Assembly (NCBI GenBank): GCA_036785375.1
Contig: JAWMAR010000199.1
Location: 4,092,001 to 4,156,000, forward strand
Reading direction: 5' to 3'
Length of the DNA: 64,000 bases
Origin: Leucoraja ocellata
Lineage: Eukaryota
Positions 13,376-24,695 of the stretch are shown piece by piece. The notes below the pieces were generated by a model, which saw only the letters and a program-made list of their open reading frames with translations, searched no databases and was not told the DNA's origin. How positions within the stretch are numbered: position 1 is the stretch's first letter; every line of letters begins with the position of its first letter. A program made the translations under genes and the position numbers.

Positions 13376-13503
13376 GTGTCTGAAGAAGGGTCTCGACCCG
13401 AAACGTTGCCCATTTCCTTCGCTCCATAGATGCTGCCTCACTGAGTTTCTCCAGCATTTTGGTCTACCTTCGATTTTCCAGCATCTGCAGTTCCTTCTTA
13501 AAC
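13376..13503 (+). ncRNA. Penelope-type terminal repeat with intact minimal hammerhead ribozyme core
   Basis: CTGAAGA(13380)-a-GGGT-ctcg-ACCC-GAAAC-GTT, followed by the family tail ..ccagcatctgcagttccttcttaaac. Confidence 0.7.
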
Positions 13504-14030
13504 TGATAGTACAAGACGTTGGTGAGGCTGCACTAGGAGTATTGCGTTCTGCTTTGGCCACCCTACTATAAGAAGGATGCCATGCTGGAATATGGACAGA
13601 GATTAGTGAGGATTTAGCTAGGATTTGAGGACCTGGGCTAACGGGAGAGATTGGGTAAACTGGGACTTTTAGCTCATGAGATTATCTTCAAGAAGTGTAT
13701 AAAATCATGAGGGGGATAGATAGGGTGAATGCAAAAAACAGAGGATGTAGATTTAAGGTGAGAAGAGAAAGATTTAATAGGATTCTGGGGGACAACCTTT
13801 TCACTCAGAATGATGGCGGTGTTTGGACTTAGTTATCAGCGGAGGTAGCTGAGGCAGGTACAGTAACAACATTTAAAAGACAATTGGACAGGTGCATGCA
13901 TACATGGGTAGGAAAGGTTTAGAGGGATATTGGCCAAATCTCAGTAAACGGGACTAGCGTAGATGGGGCATCTTGATCGGCATGGATGATTTGGACTGAA
14001 GGGCCAGTTTCTGCGCTGTAAGACATCGTG
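13504..14030 (+). mobile_element. CR1/HER1 LINE 3' fragment (degenerate)
   Basis: Visible similarity to 3870-4425 (tacaagacgttggtgagg..., gtgtataaaatcatgagggg, tttaaggtgaga). Confidence 0.75.
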
Positions 14031-15227
14031 ACTAAACTCATGGAGCATGCAGCTACTGCAACGGTGAGGGAGTGAACTGAAATCCCACAGTGGCAAGAAC
14101 TGAAGGTTTCAATGAAACAGTCTAGATGTCTTTTCATTTCAATGTATTATTGGCAATATTTTGTTGGTTCACTAATATTCTTCAAGAGAGAGGTGTTATC
14201 ACCGAACATTTGACTCCAGTTTCACATGGCACACTTTGACTCTCGAGGCTCTTGCATTTGTTCAAGAACCACCTTTAATTTTCACAGTTTATGAAAATGA
14301 TAAATGTGACCTGGCTAGAATCACTCATGTGGTGTTACACAGAAGAGAGTCGAAGGATGCAGTCAGTGATGTAATGAAGTGAAGGTGAGTGGTAGCAGAA
14401 ACACAGGTGTGTGTTTCACTTCACTGATTACTTTGTGTCTGTCAACACACTGTGTCTCCAGCAGTGAATCTTGGAGTGATGGGATTGGTCTCCTGACATC
14501 AGGCCTGTCATTACCAGCATGTTGGTGACTCAGGAATCCACGGTTTAGAACTCAGTTAAACTGTATCTTATTACCAAGAATTTATTCCAACTTCTCTGTG
14601 ATATTTATGTAGATGTTTTGATCAAAATTGTACCTCTGATAGAAGCAGGAATGATCTTTGTAAATGTGTGTTCTTCATATTAATACTTGACGTGCATGTG
14701 AGCAGTGAGAGTTGTGACTTCACATCCCCGGTTTAAACTCCAGTAATCTGCATTATTTATTGCAATGCTAGTAATTTGCATAGCTTAAACGTTAAGGTCA
14801 GTGGGAATTAACTTTTAAATAAGTGCCTATCACACCTCTCTCTGTTACGTACAAAGTCTGGATCAGACCAGATGTTGTCACATAGTGACCCATTATCCCC
14901 AATATCATCAAACTCACCAACGATTACTGCATTGCCCATTTAATGGGAAAACTAATTCAAACCCAGCATTTGTGAAGAAAGGCAGTTAAAAGCATTTTAA
15001 CCCAAACTTCAGCTTCAACCCAAACAAATAAGATGCAGATTCCTTTCTTGATGCTTGTTGAGTTCTGGCAGAGATAGTCAAGCTTGTTCTCAGCCAGTAT
15101 CCACAGACCTGTGGTTTGCTCATAATTACTCTGCTTTGGTTTTAAGTTGCTGGGCTGAAATGCCAAAGGATTTCCACCTTCAAGAACTGAGTTTCCATCA
15201 AGATACTGCCACCTGATATCAGCGCCA

Positions 15228-15470
15228 CTGACAATAGACAATAGGTGCAGGAGTAGGCCATTCGGCCCTTCGAGCCAGCACCGCCATTCAATGTGATCAT
15301 GGCTGATCATCCACAATCAGTACCCCGTTCCTGCCTTCTCCCCATATCCCCTGACTGCTATTTTTAAGAGCCTATTCTAGCTCTCTCTTGAAAATATCCA
15401 GAGAACCGGCCTCCACCGCCCTCTGAGGCAGAGAATTCCACAGACTCACCACTCTCTGTGAGAAAAAGTG
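15228..15470 (-). mobile_element. CR1-type LINE 3' end (second subfamily)
   Basis: The minus strand reads cactttttctcacagagagtggtgagtctgtggaattctctgcc..gaagggccgaatggcctactcctgcacctattgtc. Related pieces at about 5395, 12410, 20445, 26725, 44700 and 53150. Confidence 0.7.
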
Positions 15471-17166
15471 CCTGATCCCACTGCTTACATAATGGGGCTT
15501 AATCTAATATTGATCAAAGCTAAATATTTTATATCCAAGCTGAACCAATGATTTTTAATGTTCCCTTCGCAGCTTGTGTTCAGAAATTATTTACTAGAGT
15601 TTCAAATTACTCGGCATTCCCAGAATGATCCATCCTGGCTCTTCATCAATTATGGAGAAATAGCCCATGGATTCATTCATTGTGTGCTCTTCACTATTAA
15701 TACATGACATGCATTTGATCGGTGAGAGATAGGACCTTAGCAAGGACACGGGCCCCTCAACCCGAGTGTGCCCTGAGCATCAAACTCCCGTTTGAACTCG
15801 TCTACACTAATCTCATGTCATTCTCCCCAGAGTCCTCTCAACTTCCCCCAAATTATAACCTTCACCCACATCCTTACGGGTGTTTCCCAGAGGCCATTTC
15901 ATCTCCTGGACCACACAACTTTGACATTTTCCCATATGACCAACTTAACATGCCTTGCCAAAGTCCATGTAGACAATATCTGCCAACCCACTCTCATCAA
16001 TCCTCTTGGTCACCTCTTCAAAAAAACGTAACCACGATTTCCCATGCACAATGCTATATGACCATGTCTCTTATGACCCTGTCTCTCAGAACCCCCCCCC
16101 CCCCCCCCCCCCCCCTCCCACCACCGGGCTGTAATTTGCTTGCTTCCCCTTGCAATCCTTGGTGAATAAAGCCACAACATTGTCTGCCTTATTATCTACT
16201 GGTACTACACACAAGAATAAGGAAAATGAAAAACTCTGCCGGAGTTCCTGCATATTCTTTGCTTCTCACAATGTCCTGGGATACTTTGGGTCAGGCCCAA
16301 AGGACTTTTCCACCTTTATGCACCTCATCGCTGCCAGTAATTCCACTTTCATAATGTCAGTATGTTCCCTTTACCAATTTGCTAGCATCCATGATCTTAT
16401 TCACAGTAAATACATATTAATTTAATTTCTTGTCTGTCTATTGTGGCTCCAGGCATAGATGACCACACTGATTCTTAAAGTGACCCATTTCCTCCCGAGT
16501 TACCCTTTGCTCCTTAATATACTTCTAGAATCTCTTAGGATTCCCTTTTACCGTATCTGCCAAGGACATGTCAAGTCTCCTTATTGTTCTCTTGATTTTC
16601 TTAAGTGTACTCCAACATCCTTTGTGCTCCTTAGGATTTGCCTGATCCCAATTGCCTGACGTACATATCCTTCTTTTTACTGATCAAACCCTCACTCTCC
16701 CTCTTCAGCCATGTCCTTATTCCTGAATTATCCCAATCTCAAGTTTAAATGCTTCTCACTTGCCAAATATCCCTTTGCCTGCTAACCGTTGCAAGTTCCT
16801 GTCTAATGCCATCAAAATGTGCTTTGCCCTAATTTAGGACTTTAACTTGTGGACCAATCCTATTTATTTCCATAACTATACTTCAGCCATTCCCCAGCCT
16901 CATGCCCCACAGTAGTTGCATTTTGCCCCTCTCTCAGATTACTTGAGAAAACTTTCCTTGAAACCCTTAACAAATTGTGACCCATCCAGTATTTGGTCAT
17001 CAGGCTCAGCTCCTTGTGGTCAATGGTTTCAAGAACAAGTAGGTCAACAATGAGACTTTAGTTTGAGAATTGTTTAGTGGTTTGTCCGGTACATTGGGAG
17101 TGCGACTTTATGTAAGAGGACTTTGTTGCGAATACTGACTGCACTATCTGTCTCTGTTTGTTCCAG

Positions 17167-17298
17167 CATTCCCGGGTCGGCCATCTGTGCCTTCGACATG
17201 GAGCAGATTTCCAACATTTTTGACGGCCGTTTCAAGGAGCAGAAATCCCCAGAATCTATCTGGACGCCAGTTCCTGAGGAATTAGTCCCAAAGCCAAG
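17167..17298 (+). CDS. sema6b: Semaphorin-6B-like, internal coding exon (Sema domain)
   Basis: Acceptor ttccag| and donor AAG|gtgaga. Translates (S)[43 protein letters not shown](R), matching the class-6 semaphorin [28 protein letters not shown] motif. Confidence 0.95.
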
Positions 17299-17736
17299 GT
17301 GAGAGATCCATTCCATGATCCACATGATCCATTCCATGATCCACTCCATACCATAAACAGGCAGAACAGTTCAATATGAAATCTCTTGGATCTTAATTCG
17401 GAAACCCAATTTTCCGAGCACCCAAATTAATGTATTAGATGGGAATGTACTACTGTAAATGTCCATTATTTATTTCTTCGATGATAAAAATGAGCTGTTG
17501 GAAGAAGACAGAGACCTGAGGCTGGATCACCAAAGAATGTAGTGGCTGGGGAAGGAGATAGTGAAGGTTGTGGTCTCGTTTAACGGGCTCAGAGTTGCAA
17601 AGGAGCTTTGAAGAATCTGAGAGGAGCATTTAGCGATCAGATGGTTTGAGGGTCAGGGCCTTTTGTGGGCCAAAATGAATCAATGGGTTTGGGTACTGTC
17701 GTGAGATTAGGAGCACATTTGATGAGTTGTGAGTTA

Positions 17737-18034
17737 TGGTGTTTGGAGTCAAAGTTCCTTTCTTAACAGCAGACAACGACAAACTGGTTGAAAGTAAACC
17801 CAGCCAATCTTTAATCGATTTGTCAGACGGGAGTGGCGGGAATTACAAAGAGCACAAACGTTGCTCAGTCTGTCCCTGAGCTCCACTCACAGAACAAAGA
17901 GGAATTAGTGTAGTTATACTATTTTCTTATCAGTAAAACACACCTACCAAGTCTGAATATGGCATGATTGAAAGATTCTATCGCCTTTCAGAATATAGGA
18001 GAAGCTGGGTCCAAATCAAGTTCATCTAATAACA
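17737..18034 (-). mobile_element. Solo LTR (about 298 bp)
   Basis: TG...CA termini flanked by a 5-bp direct repeat AGTTA (17732-17736 and 18035-18039). The minus strand has a TATAAC followed by ATTAAA. Confidence 0.6.
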
Positions 18035-18653
18035 AGTTATTACTTATCTCTGCAGCATCAGCTATTTTTTTTTTTAACCTTGGCTTCTTTATGGCCTTGA
18101 AAGAAGTACATGTTATTACTCAGGTTTCCATCTTAATGTCTTTATTAAAAAGACAACCTGTCCTCAATATTGTGCTCCATATAATTTACAAAGTCATTCA
18201 GACTTGGCACCAAGCCATTCTTTTGTTCGAATACACCTTGCTTTTGTATTAGAAGAAGAACAACTACATTTTGTAAACTATGTTAGATTTGACCATTGGC
18301 TCTTTCATTGGTACTGTGTGGGTTGAGGGAAGGGAAGGGTCATACTCTGCAGAGTCATGGCCAGAATAAATCATAGTAGTCCCAGGAGTGCCTGGTAAAG
18401 AAACAAACTAATTAGTGCTCCAAATGGACACTGAGCAGGGAACAAAGAATTTTCATTCATGAATCACACAAGAGCATGCTGACTAAAAACTCCATGGCAA
18501 GATGAAACTATTGGGAAGTGATTAGGAAAAGCTTCACTCCAATGTTCAGTTGGTTAAAGATGAAAGTACAGGCAATTATGGCCCACCTATTCTGAACATG
18601 ACCAGCAAAAGTCAGATTCAACAAAATGAGACTAAATATTCACCTCTGGCGAT

Positions 18654-19340
18654 TTGCCCTCCACAGCATCCAACTTCATCATTCCCCAGCCCCACTCTTC
18701 ACACTTCCACCTCACTGAACTCATTTCCACATGCCTTGATTCCATCCCAGCCCCCATGTCTTGTTCAATAACTCTTCAATCTCCAGGCCTCCATTGCCAC
18801 ATCTTCACCATGGGCATCTTCACCATGGGCATCTTCACCGTGGGCATCTTCACCATGGGCATCTTCACCATGGGCATCTTCACCGTGAGCATCTTCACCG
18901 TGAGCATCTTCACCATGAGCATCTTCACCATGAGCATCTTCACCATGGGCATCTTCACCATGGGCATCTTCACCGTGGGCATCATCACCGTGAGCATCTT
19001 CACCGTGAGCATCTTCACCATGGGCATCTTCACCATGGGCATCTTCACCATGGGCATCATCACCGTGGACATCATCACCATGGGCATCATCACCGTGGAC
19101 ATCATCACCATGGGCATCTTCACCATGGGCATCCAGTCCTACTACACTTCTATTCCCCACCAGGAAGGTCTCAAGGTCCTCCAGGTCTTTCTCAATCAGG
19201 GACCCAACAGTTTCCCTCTACTAACACTCACCTCCACCTGGCGGAACTTGTCCTCACCCTCACCAACTTCTCTGAGTTAAAGGTGTAGCCATGGGTACTT
19301 CATGGGCCCCAGCTATGCCTGCCTTTATGTGGGTTACTAT
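18654..19340 (+). mobile_element. Penelope-like element reverse-transcriptase remnant
   Basis: LPSTASNFIIPQP..TELISTCLDSI..HIFTM[G/D]..IQSYYTSIPHQEGLKVL..PSTNTHLHLAELVLTLTNFS..KGVAMGT(x)MGPSYACLYVGY corresponds to PLE RT motifs. It carries deletions and frameshifts. Confidence 0.8.
18800..19129. repeat. 15-bp minisatellite (CATCTTCACCATGGG) x22
   Basis: Read directly: 330 bp with variants ccgtg/ccatg, ggg/gag/gga and ttc/atc. Confidence 0.97.
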
Positions 19341-19697
19341 AACTCCACTGTGGCACAAAGACTCCAAAGGACAGAGGGAACTTTCTGTGCAATTTTCAGT
19401 GTAGGTTGCTTTTAAACTTGGTCCGGGAAGCAAATAGCTGATGTCTAAACTCGTCATTCACCAAATGATTTAAAGCTTAATAATTGGATTGAAAAATGTG
19501 TGGAAAGCAAAATTCACACAGTAGAAACATTCACTGTCAGCTTGTTTCCCACTTACAAATTTAAACCAGATTCAGGAACAAGGATGTAAGTCGTGCTGAC
19601 GTACCATCACAATATTGATGAAATGCCAGTCAATGATCAACTCATTCCATTAATCACATTAATCTGGCTCCACTCCAATGCACATCAAGGATCCCAC

Positions 19698-19779
19698 CAC
19701 CGTCTGCGTCCCAGACACCGTCTGTATCCCAGACACCGTCTGCGTCCGAGACACCGTCTACGTCCCAGACACCGTCTGC
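19698..19779. repeat. 18-bp tandem repeat (CACCGTCTGCGTCCCAGA) x~4.5
   Basis: Read directly. Confidence 0.9.
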
Positions 19780-19921
19780 ACTGTCCTGTGAGCTGCTCTG
19801 ACACTTCCCTCATTAACAAAAATCACTGGACATTCTTCTCATTGACATTTGCTGGATTTTGTTGTGTGAACTAGTGGTGTCACATTTGCCTGTTTTGTGC
19901 ATAGATAAGGTATTTTATTAA

Positions 19922-20056
19922 TCATCAGTCTGAAGAAGGGTCTCGACCCGAAACATCGCTCATTCCTTCTCTCCACAGATGCTGCCTGTCCCGAGTTACT
20001 CCAGCATTTTGTGTCTATCTTCGATTTAAACCAGCATCTGCAGTTCTTTCTTACAC
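19922..20056 (+). mobile_element. Penelope-type terminal repeat with hammerhead core (GAAACATC variant)
   Basis: catcagtCTGAAGAagggtctcgacccGAAACATCgct plus the family tail. Followed by a Rex-like 3' end with (cttga)n to about 20147. Confidence 0.7.
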
Positions 20057-20767
20057 AATTGCACAAAAGTCCGCGAGCATTGCCACTTTCATTTCACTGC
20101 ACATCTCGTATGTGTATGTGACAAATAAACTTGACTTGACTTGACTTATTAATATGTTCTCTTTTAATGCCCTACATATTGTTATTTAGACAACAATAAC
20201 AATACATCTGTGCTGTATAAAGGCAATATTTCCAACAAACAATTCATGGATTTAATTCCAAAATCTGAAACAATGTTAAACAATTTTGCAGAGATTGACA
20301 TTTTAATGGATTACTCCAAAGAGTGATGTAATAATCATTCAGAACTTGTCTACAGTCGATGCAGGAAGTGGTTCTACACATGCATGGACCATTGGTACAT
20401 CTGGAAAATCAACTGCGTGGTACAGGAAAAATTCTTAAGTTCATATGGTCCAGGAGCAAAATGAGGCCATTCGGCCCATCAAGTCTACTCCACCACTCAA
20501 TCATGGCTGATCTATCTTTCCCTTTCAATCACATTCTCCTGCCTTCTCCCCATAACCCCTGACACCCAAACTAATCAAGAATCTGCCTTAAAACTCATGA
20601 TCTTATGAATTAACTTGTTGAACTTCAGAAATTTCATTGTGAATATCTCGGCATGTTTAAAAACATCCATTCTGGAGCCCAATGCTGAAAAAGAGATAAT
20701 ATTGAATGATAATTTGGGATAAAGGATAACCGATTGTTGTATATCTCAGAAACCACATTCTATAATG

Positions 20768-20870
20768 TATCAGGCTGAAAGAAGAAGGGTCTCGACTCGA
20801 AACGTCACCCATTCCTCCACTCCATAGATGCTGCCTCACCCGCTAAGTTTCTCCAGCATTTTTGTCTACC
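20768..20870 (+). mobile_element. Penelope-type terminal-repeat insertion with 10-bp TSD
   Basis: gaagaagggtctcgactcGAAACGTCaccc... flanked by ttctataatg at 20758-20767 and 20871-20880. Confidence 0.7.
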
Positions 20871-23049
20871 TTCTATAATGATTCCTTCTGCACCATCCAT
20901 TCTTCATTGAATGTTTCTCTGGATCTTTGCATCCATCATGATCAGATGTCCAAAGGATAAAGATTGATACTTGGAGGGGAATCCCTTGCTGAAATTCCTT
21001 CAACGACCCTACTACAACAATCTGATCCGACTCTTTCAGATTATTTACATTTATTTTCTTGGCTCACCTTTTCGATTTGAATTCTTTCCATCGAACCAAA
21101 AAGGACTAAGTTTCTCCAGTTGCTTCTCACAAATCAAATCTCACGGACGAGTTCAGTTTTTGTGGCTCTTTTATCCATTGCTTGACGATTAGACAAAGCA
21201 CTCAACAAGTAGATTGATAAACACACAATGTCTGAAGGGCCTCGACCCAAAACGCCACCTATTCCTTTTCTCCAGAGATGCTGCCTGACCCACTGACTTA
21301 CTCCAGCTTTTTGTGTCTGACTTCCATTCTGTTGTTTTGGACACATGGGTCAATATTTTATTGGCTTTGTTAACTTCTGCTCCGCAATGATTAGATGTTA
21401 AACAGTGATTCTGCTAAGAAGGTCTCTTTTACCTTCCCTCAAATTTACATATTGTCCAGATTGGCCTTTTGTGCTGATAGTTTAACAAACATGACAGTAA
21501 ATTGCATCTGCCCTGTTCGGTCCACCCATAACCAATCTTCACTCTGTTGCTCCTGCATTGTTTCACAATCAGCTCTTGTTTTCTACTCCTCATTCATTTT
21601 CACAATCGGATTCAACCGTTGTATTTTACTTTGAATCCTAACAGTTTTGAACTCAATTGGTAATCTCTGAAGCAAAAATGTTGCAAGTATATATATAAAA
21701 CATTTTAGAGTTGATCACTGTGCCTTTGTTATTTCTTGGCAAGGAAAATCAAAGAACTGAGGCAGCTGGGAACATCTCGATGTAAAGCAAAGCTGAATAA
21801 TATCTGACCAGGTTGTTAACAATGATGGAGTAACAGTTGAAAAGTTAGTTGAGGAGTAAGGAGACAATTTCCAAAAGAAAGAAGTCAATATTACTCAACA
21901 CCAAATACAGGTTATTTTAGTTTATTGATGAGAACACTTGGATTGTAATCGAATCGTCAGGGATTCAGAATCCATTGACATAAAGACCTCACCTCAGGCA
22001 AAACAAAGAAGTGTATCGTGGTTTGTGGGCGATTTTAGGACTGACATCATTACAGATCAACCTCAAGCTGCTAAAAGTTCCATCAACAATCCCACTGATG
22101 TTATTTGCTGAGGAAACATAAGATTTACATGCGTAGTTTAGCTTAGGGATACAGCATGGAAACAGACCCTTCAACACATCGAGTCCACGCCGACCATCGA
22201 TCACCCGTCCACACTAGATCTACGTTAACCCACTCTCGACACACGAGGGTCATGGGGTCAGAGGCCAATTAACCTACAAACCCGAATGTTGATTGGGTTG
22301 TCAGTGAAAACCAACACAATGAAATGACCGTAAATGATGCATGAATTAAGTTATATTTTAAATAAACTAAGGAAGTGCTGAAACTAAATTTGTAAACCTC
22401 CTTATCAGGCGGTTGATGACAGAATGAAGAGCCTTGGCCAAGGTTCAGGAGCTTGTGGGTGATTTTGAAATAAAGAAATGAGTCTCATCCCCCCCCCGTT
22501 TGGGAGAGAGAATGAGAAAACATAAACCAAATGCAAGAAATGCAAATCCTGTGGCATTTCCCTTCATACAAGTGGAAACTGGCCATATCTATTTGTCAAA
22601 CACAAATGGTGTTATGAGTAAAAAATACCACATTCCATCAAATGAACAATCTTGTGTTATTTCTGTTCCGCTGACATTTGTTAAATAGCAATGATGCACA
22701 AGAACAAGGTGCACCCAATGCAGCAACGGACCTGGCAATTAAGATAAGGAACATTCAACAGTGGGACCATGGCATGTTGGTGTCTTCTTTTAAAATTTGG
22801 GCTAAACTGTGGAATATGTTTTAATATTTTGGACACCACATGTCAGGGACAAGCAGGGCTGAACATTGTACATCACTCACCAAGCCCACACACAGACAGA
22901 TACAAGTAGACCCTGAACATACTGTACTTCCCATCATCTGCACCTCCAGAGCACTCACTTTCCAAATCTGACCATATCTGTGCATAGTTGTGCATGAGAA
23001 GTTGAGGTGATCGGTATGTTCTCATGGAATGCATTTATTGTAATTCATT

Positions 23050-23583
23050 AACAGCTTCTTGATAAAATATGTTCCTGAATGTGTTGAACCAAGTGGAGCC
23101 ACCTTCCATCTAAGTTAGACTTGTGAAGCTGGAAAGAATGCAAAGAAGATTTATGAGGTTGTAGCCAGGTCTCGAGGGCCTGAGCTATAGGGAGAGGTTG
23201 GAGCAGGCTAGGAGGTCCAGGCATGATCATAAGGAGGTGTATAAAATCATGAGGGGACTTGCTAGGGTGAATGAACAGAATCTTAAGGGAATCAAGATCT
23301 AAAAGACATAAGTTTAAGGTGAGGGGAAAGATTTAATTGGAGCCTGAGAGGGAATTGTTTCACATTGAGGGTGATGGGTGAATGTAACAAGCTGCCAGAT
23401 GAGGTCGTTGGGGCACTGAGGAACTATAACAACATTTAAAAGACATTTGGACAGGTACTTGGATAAGAATGTTTGGAGGGATTAAGGCCAAACATGGCCA
23501 GGTGGGACAAGTGTAGATGGGGCACTTTGGTCAGCATGAGCAAGTTGGGCCGAAGGGCCTATTTCTGTGCTGTGTGACTCTCT
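23050..23583 (+). mobile_element. CR1/HER1 LINE 3' fragment
   Basis: Similar to 3900-4425. Ends gggccgaagggcctatttctgtgctgtgtgactctct. Confidence 0.75.
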
Positions 23584-23799
23584 AACTTGTAATTTTAGGC
23601 ATCATGTTTTTAAAAGGTGGTAATGGAGTAACCATCTGAGCTATTTTCTGCACACCATTAACATAAGATTAATGGGAATTGATTGACCAACAGAAAGTCT
23701 CCTAATTTGTCCAGTGGACTGAATTGCTTAAAATGTCCATTTTAATTTCCAATTGAGTGTCCTGTGCTTTCTGTAAATGTTTATTTCTCCCCCATTTAG

Positions 23800-23949
23800 A
23801 CCGGGCTGCTGTGCGGAACCAGGAACAAAATACAACTCCTCTAATGGGTTTCCTGACGAGATGTTGAACTTTGTAAAGACTCATCCGTTGATGGATGACA
23901 CAGTTCCTTCGCTGAACCATGGGCCATGGATCATAAAGACAACCATCAA
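23800..23949 (+). CDS. sema6b: Semaphorin-6B-like, internal coding exon (Sema domain)
   Basis: Acceptor catttag| and donor AA|gtgagt. Translates [49 protein letters not shown] (conserved RPGCCA...[11 protein letters not shown]). Phase is compatible with the previous exon. Confidence 0.95.
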
Positions 23950-24514
23950 GTGAGTTTCAGATACATCGGCTTCAAGAGCATTTGGGATTATCCCAGCTTG
24001 AATGATTTCCAATATGGAGATATCAGAGATTTCAAATCAGTTATAGTCATGAGCTGGGCATTCGGAATTCTGAACAGGATGCTTCTGTCTGCATCATCTC
24101 CATTACAACTGCGTGTGATATTTGGTTTATCCTGTCATAGTAACAGTAAATACATTACATCTGTGGGATACTGCAAGTTTGCACTAACACACATCTATAT
24201 CAGGTGTGCAGAACATTCATGTGTAGGAAGGAACTGCAGATGTTGGTTTACACTGAAGGTGGACACAAACTAAGTGTCTCAGGGCAACATCTCTGGAGAG
24301 AAGGAATGGGATGTGGAACACTAACATGATCCAGTTATCAGGTCTCAGTGTAACAAGCAACAAAGATAAACAGTATACGACGCTATCCCTGGACACGATC
24401 TTGCCATCCACACTGGAGGAGGTCTGTGACTGAGATATGCTTCCATAATCCCGACAAGTTTAGAACCATAGATGGAACAGAATATTCACATCCTGGTTCC
24501 TGGTTCTCCGTTGG

Positions 24515-24695
24515 CCTGGAGCGGGGACTGCGGGACTCGGAGCTGGGGCGGTGGGACCCGGAGCTGGGGCGGCGAGACCTGGAGCGGAGACTGCGGGACC
24601 CGGAGCGGAGACTGCGGGACCCGGAGCTGGGGCGGTGGGACCCGGAGCTGGGGCGGCGAGACCTGGAGCGGAGACTGCGGGACCCGGAGCTGGGG
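24515..24695. repeat. GC-rich 21-bp minisatellite with higher-order structure, inside a retroposon ending (ATTCTA)n at about 25050
   Basis: Units of the types GGGACCCGGAGCTGGGGCGG and GAGACCTGGAGCGGAGACTGC alternate. Downstream are AATAAA and an attcta tail. Confidence 0.8.

Noticed and set aside
1-17166. Upstream sema6b exon (expected ..WTSFLKARLNCS..)
   Set aside because: I could not find it by eye. It probably lies before the window, though a miss is possible.
18654-19288. His-rich and other repetitive ORFs as real genes
   Set aside because: They are read-throughs of a 15-bp minisatellite inside a dead Penelope RT, with no gene structure.
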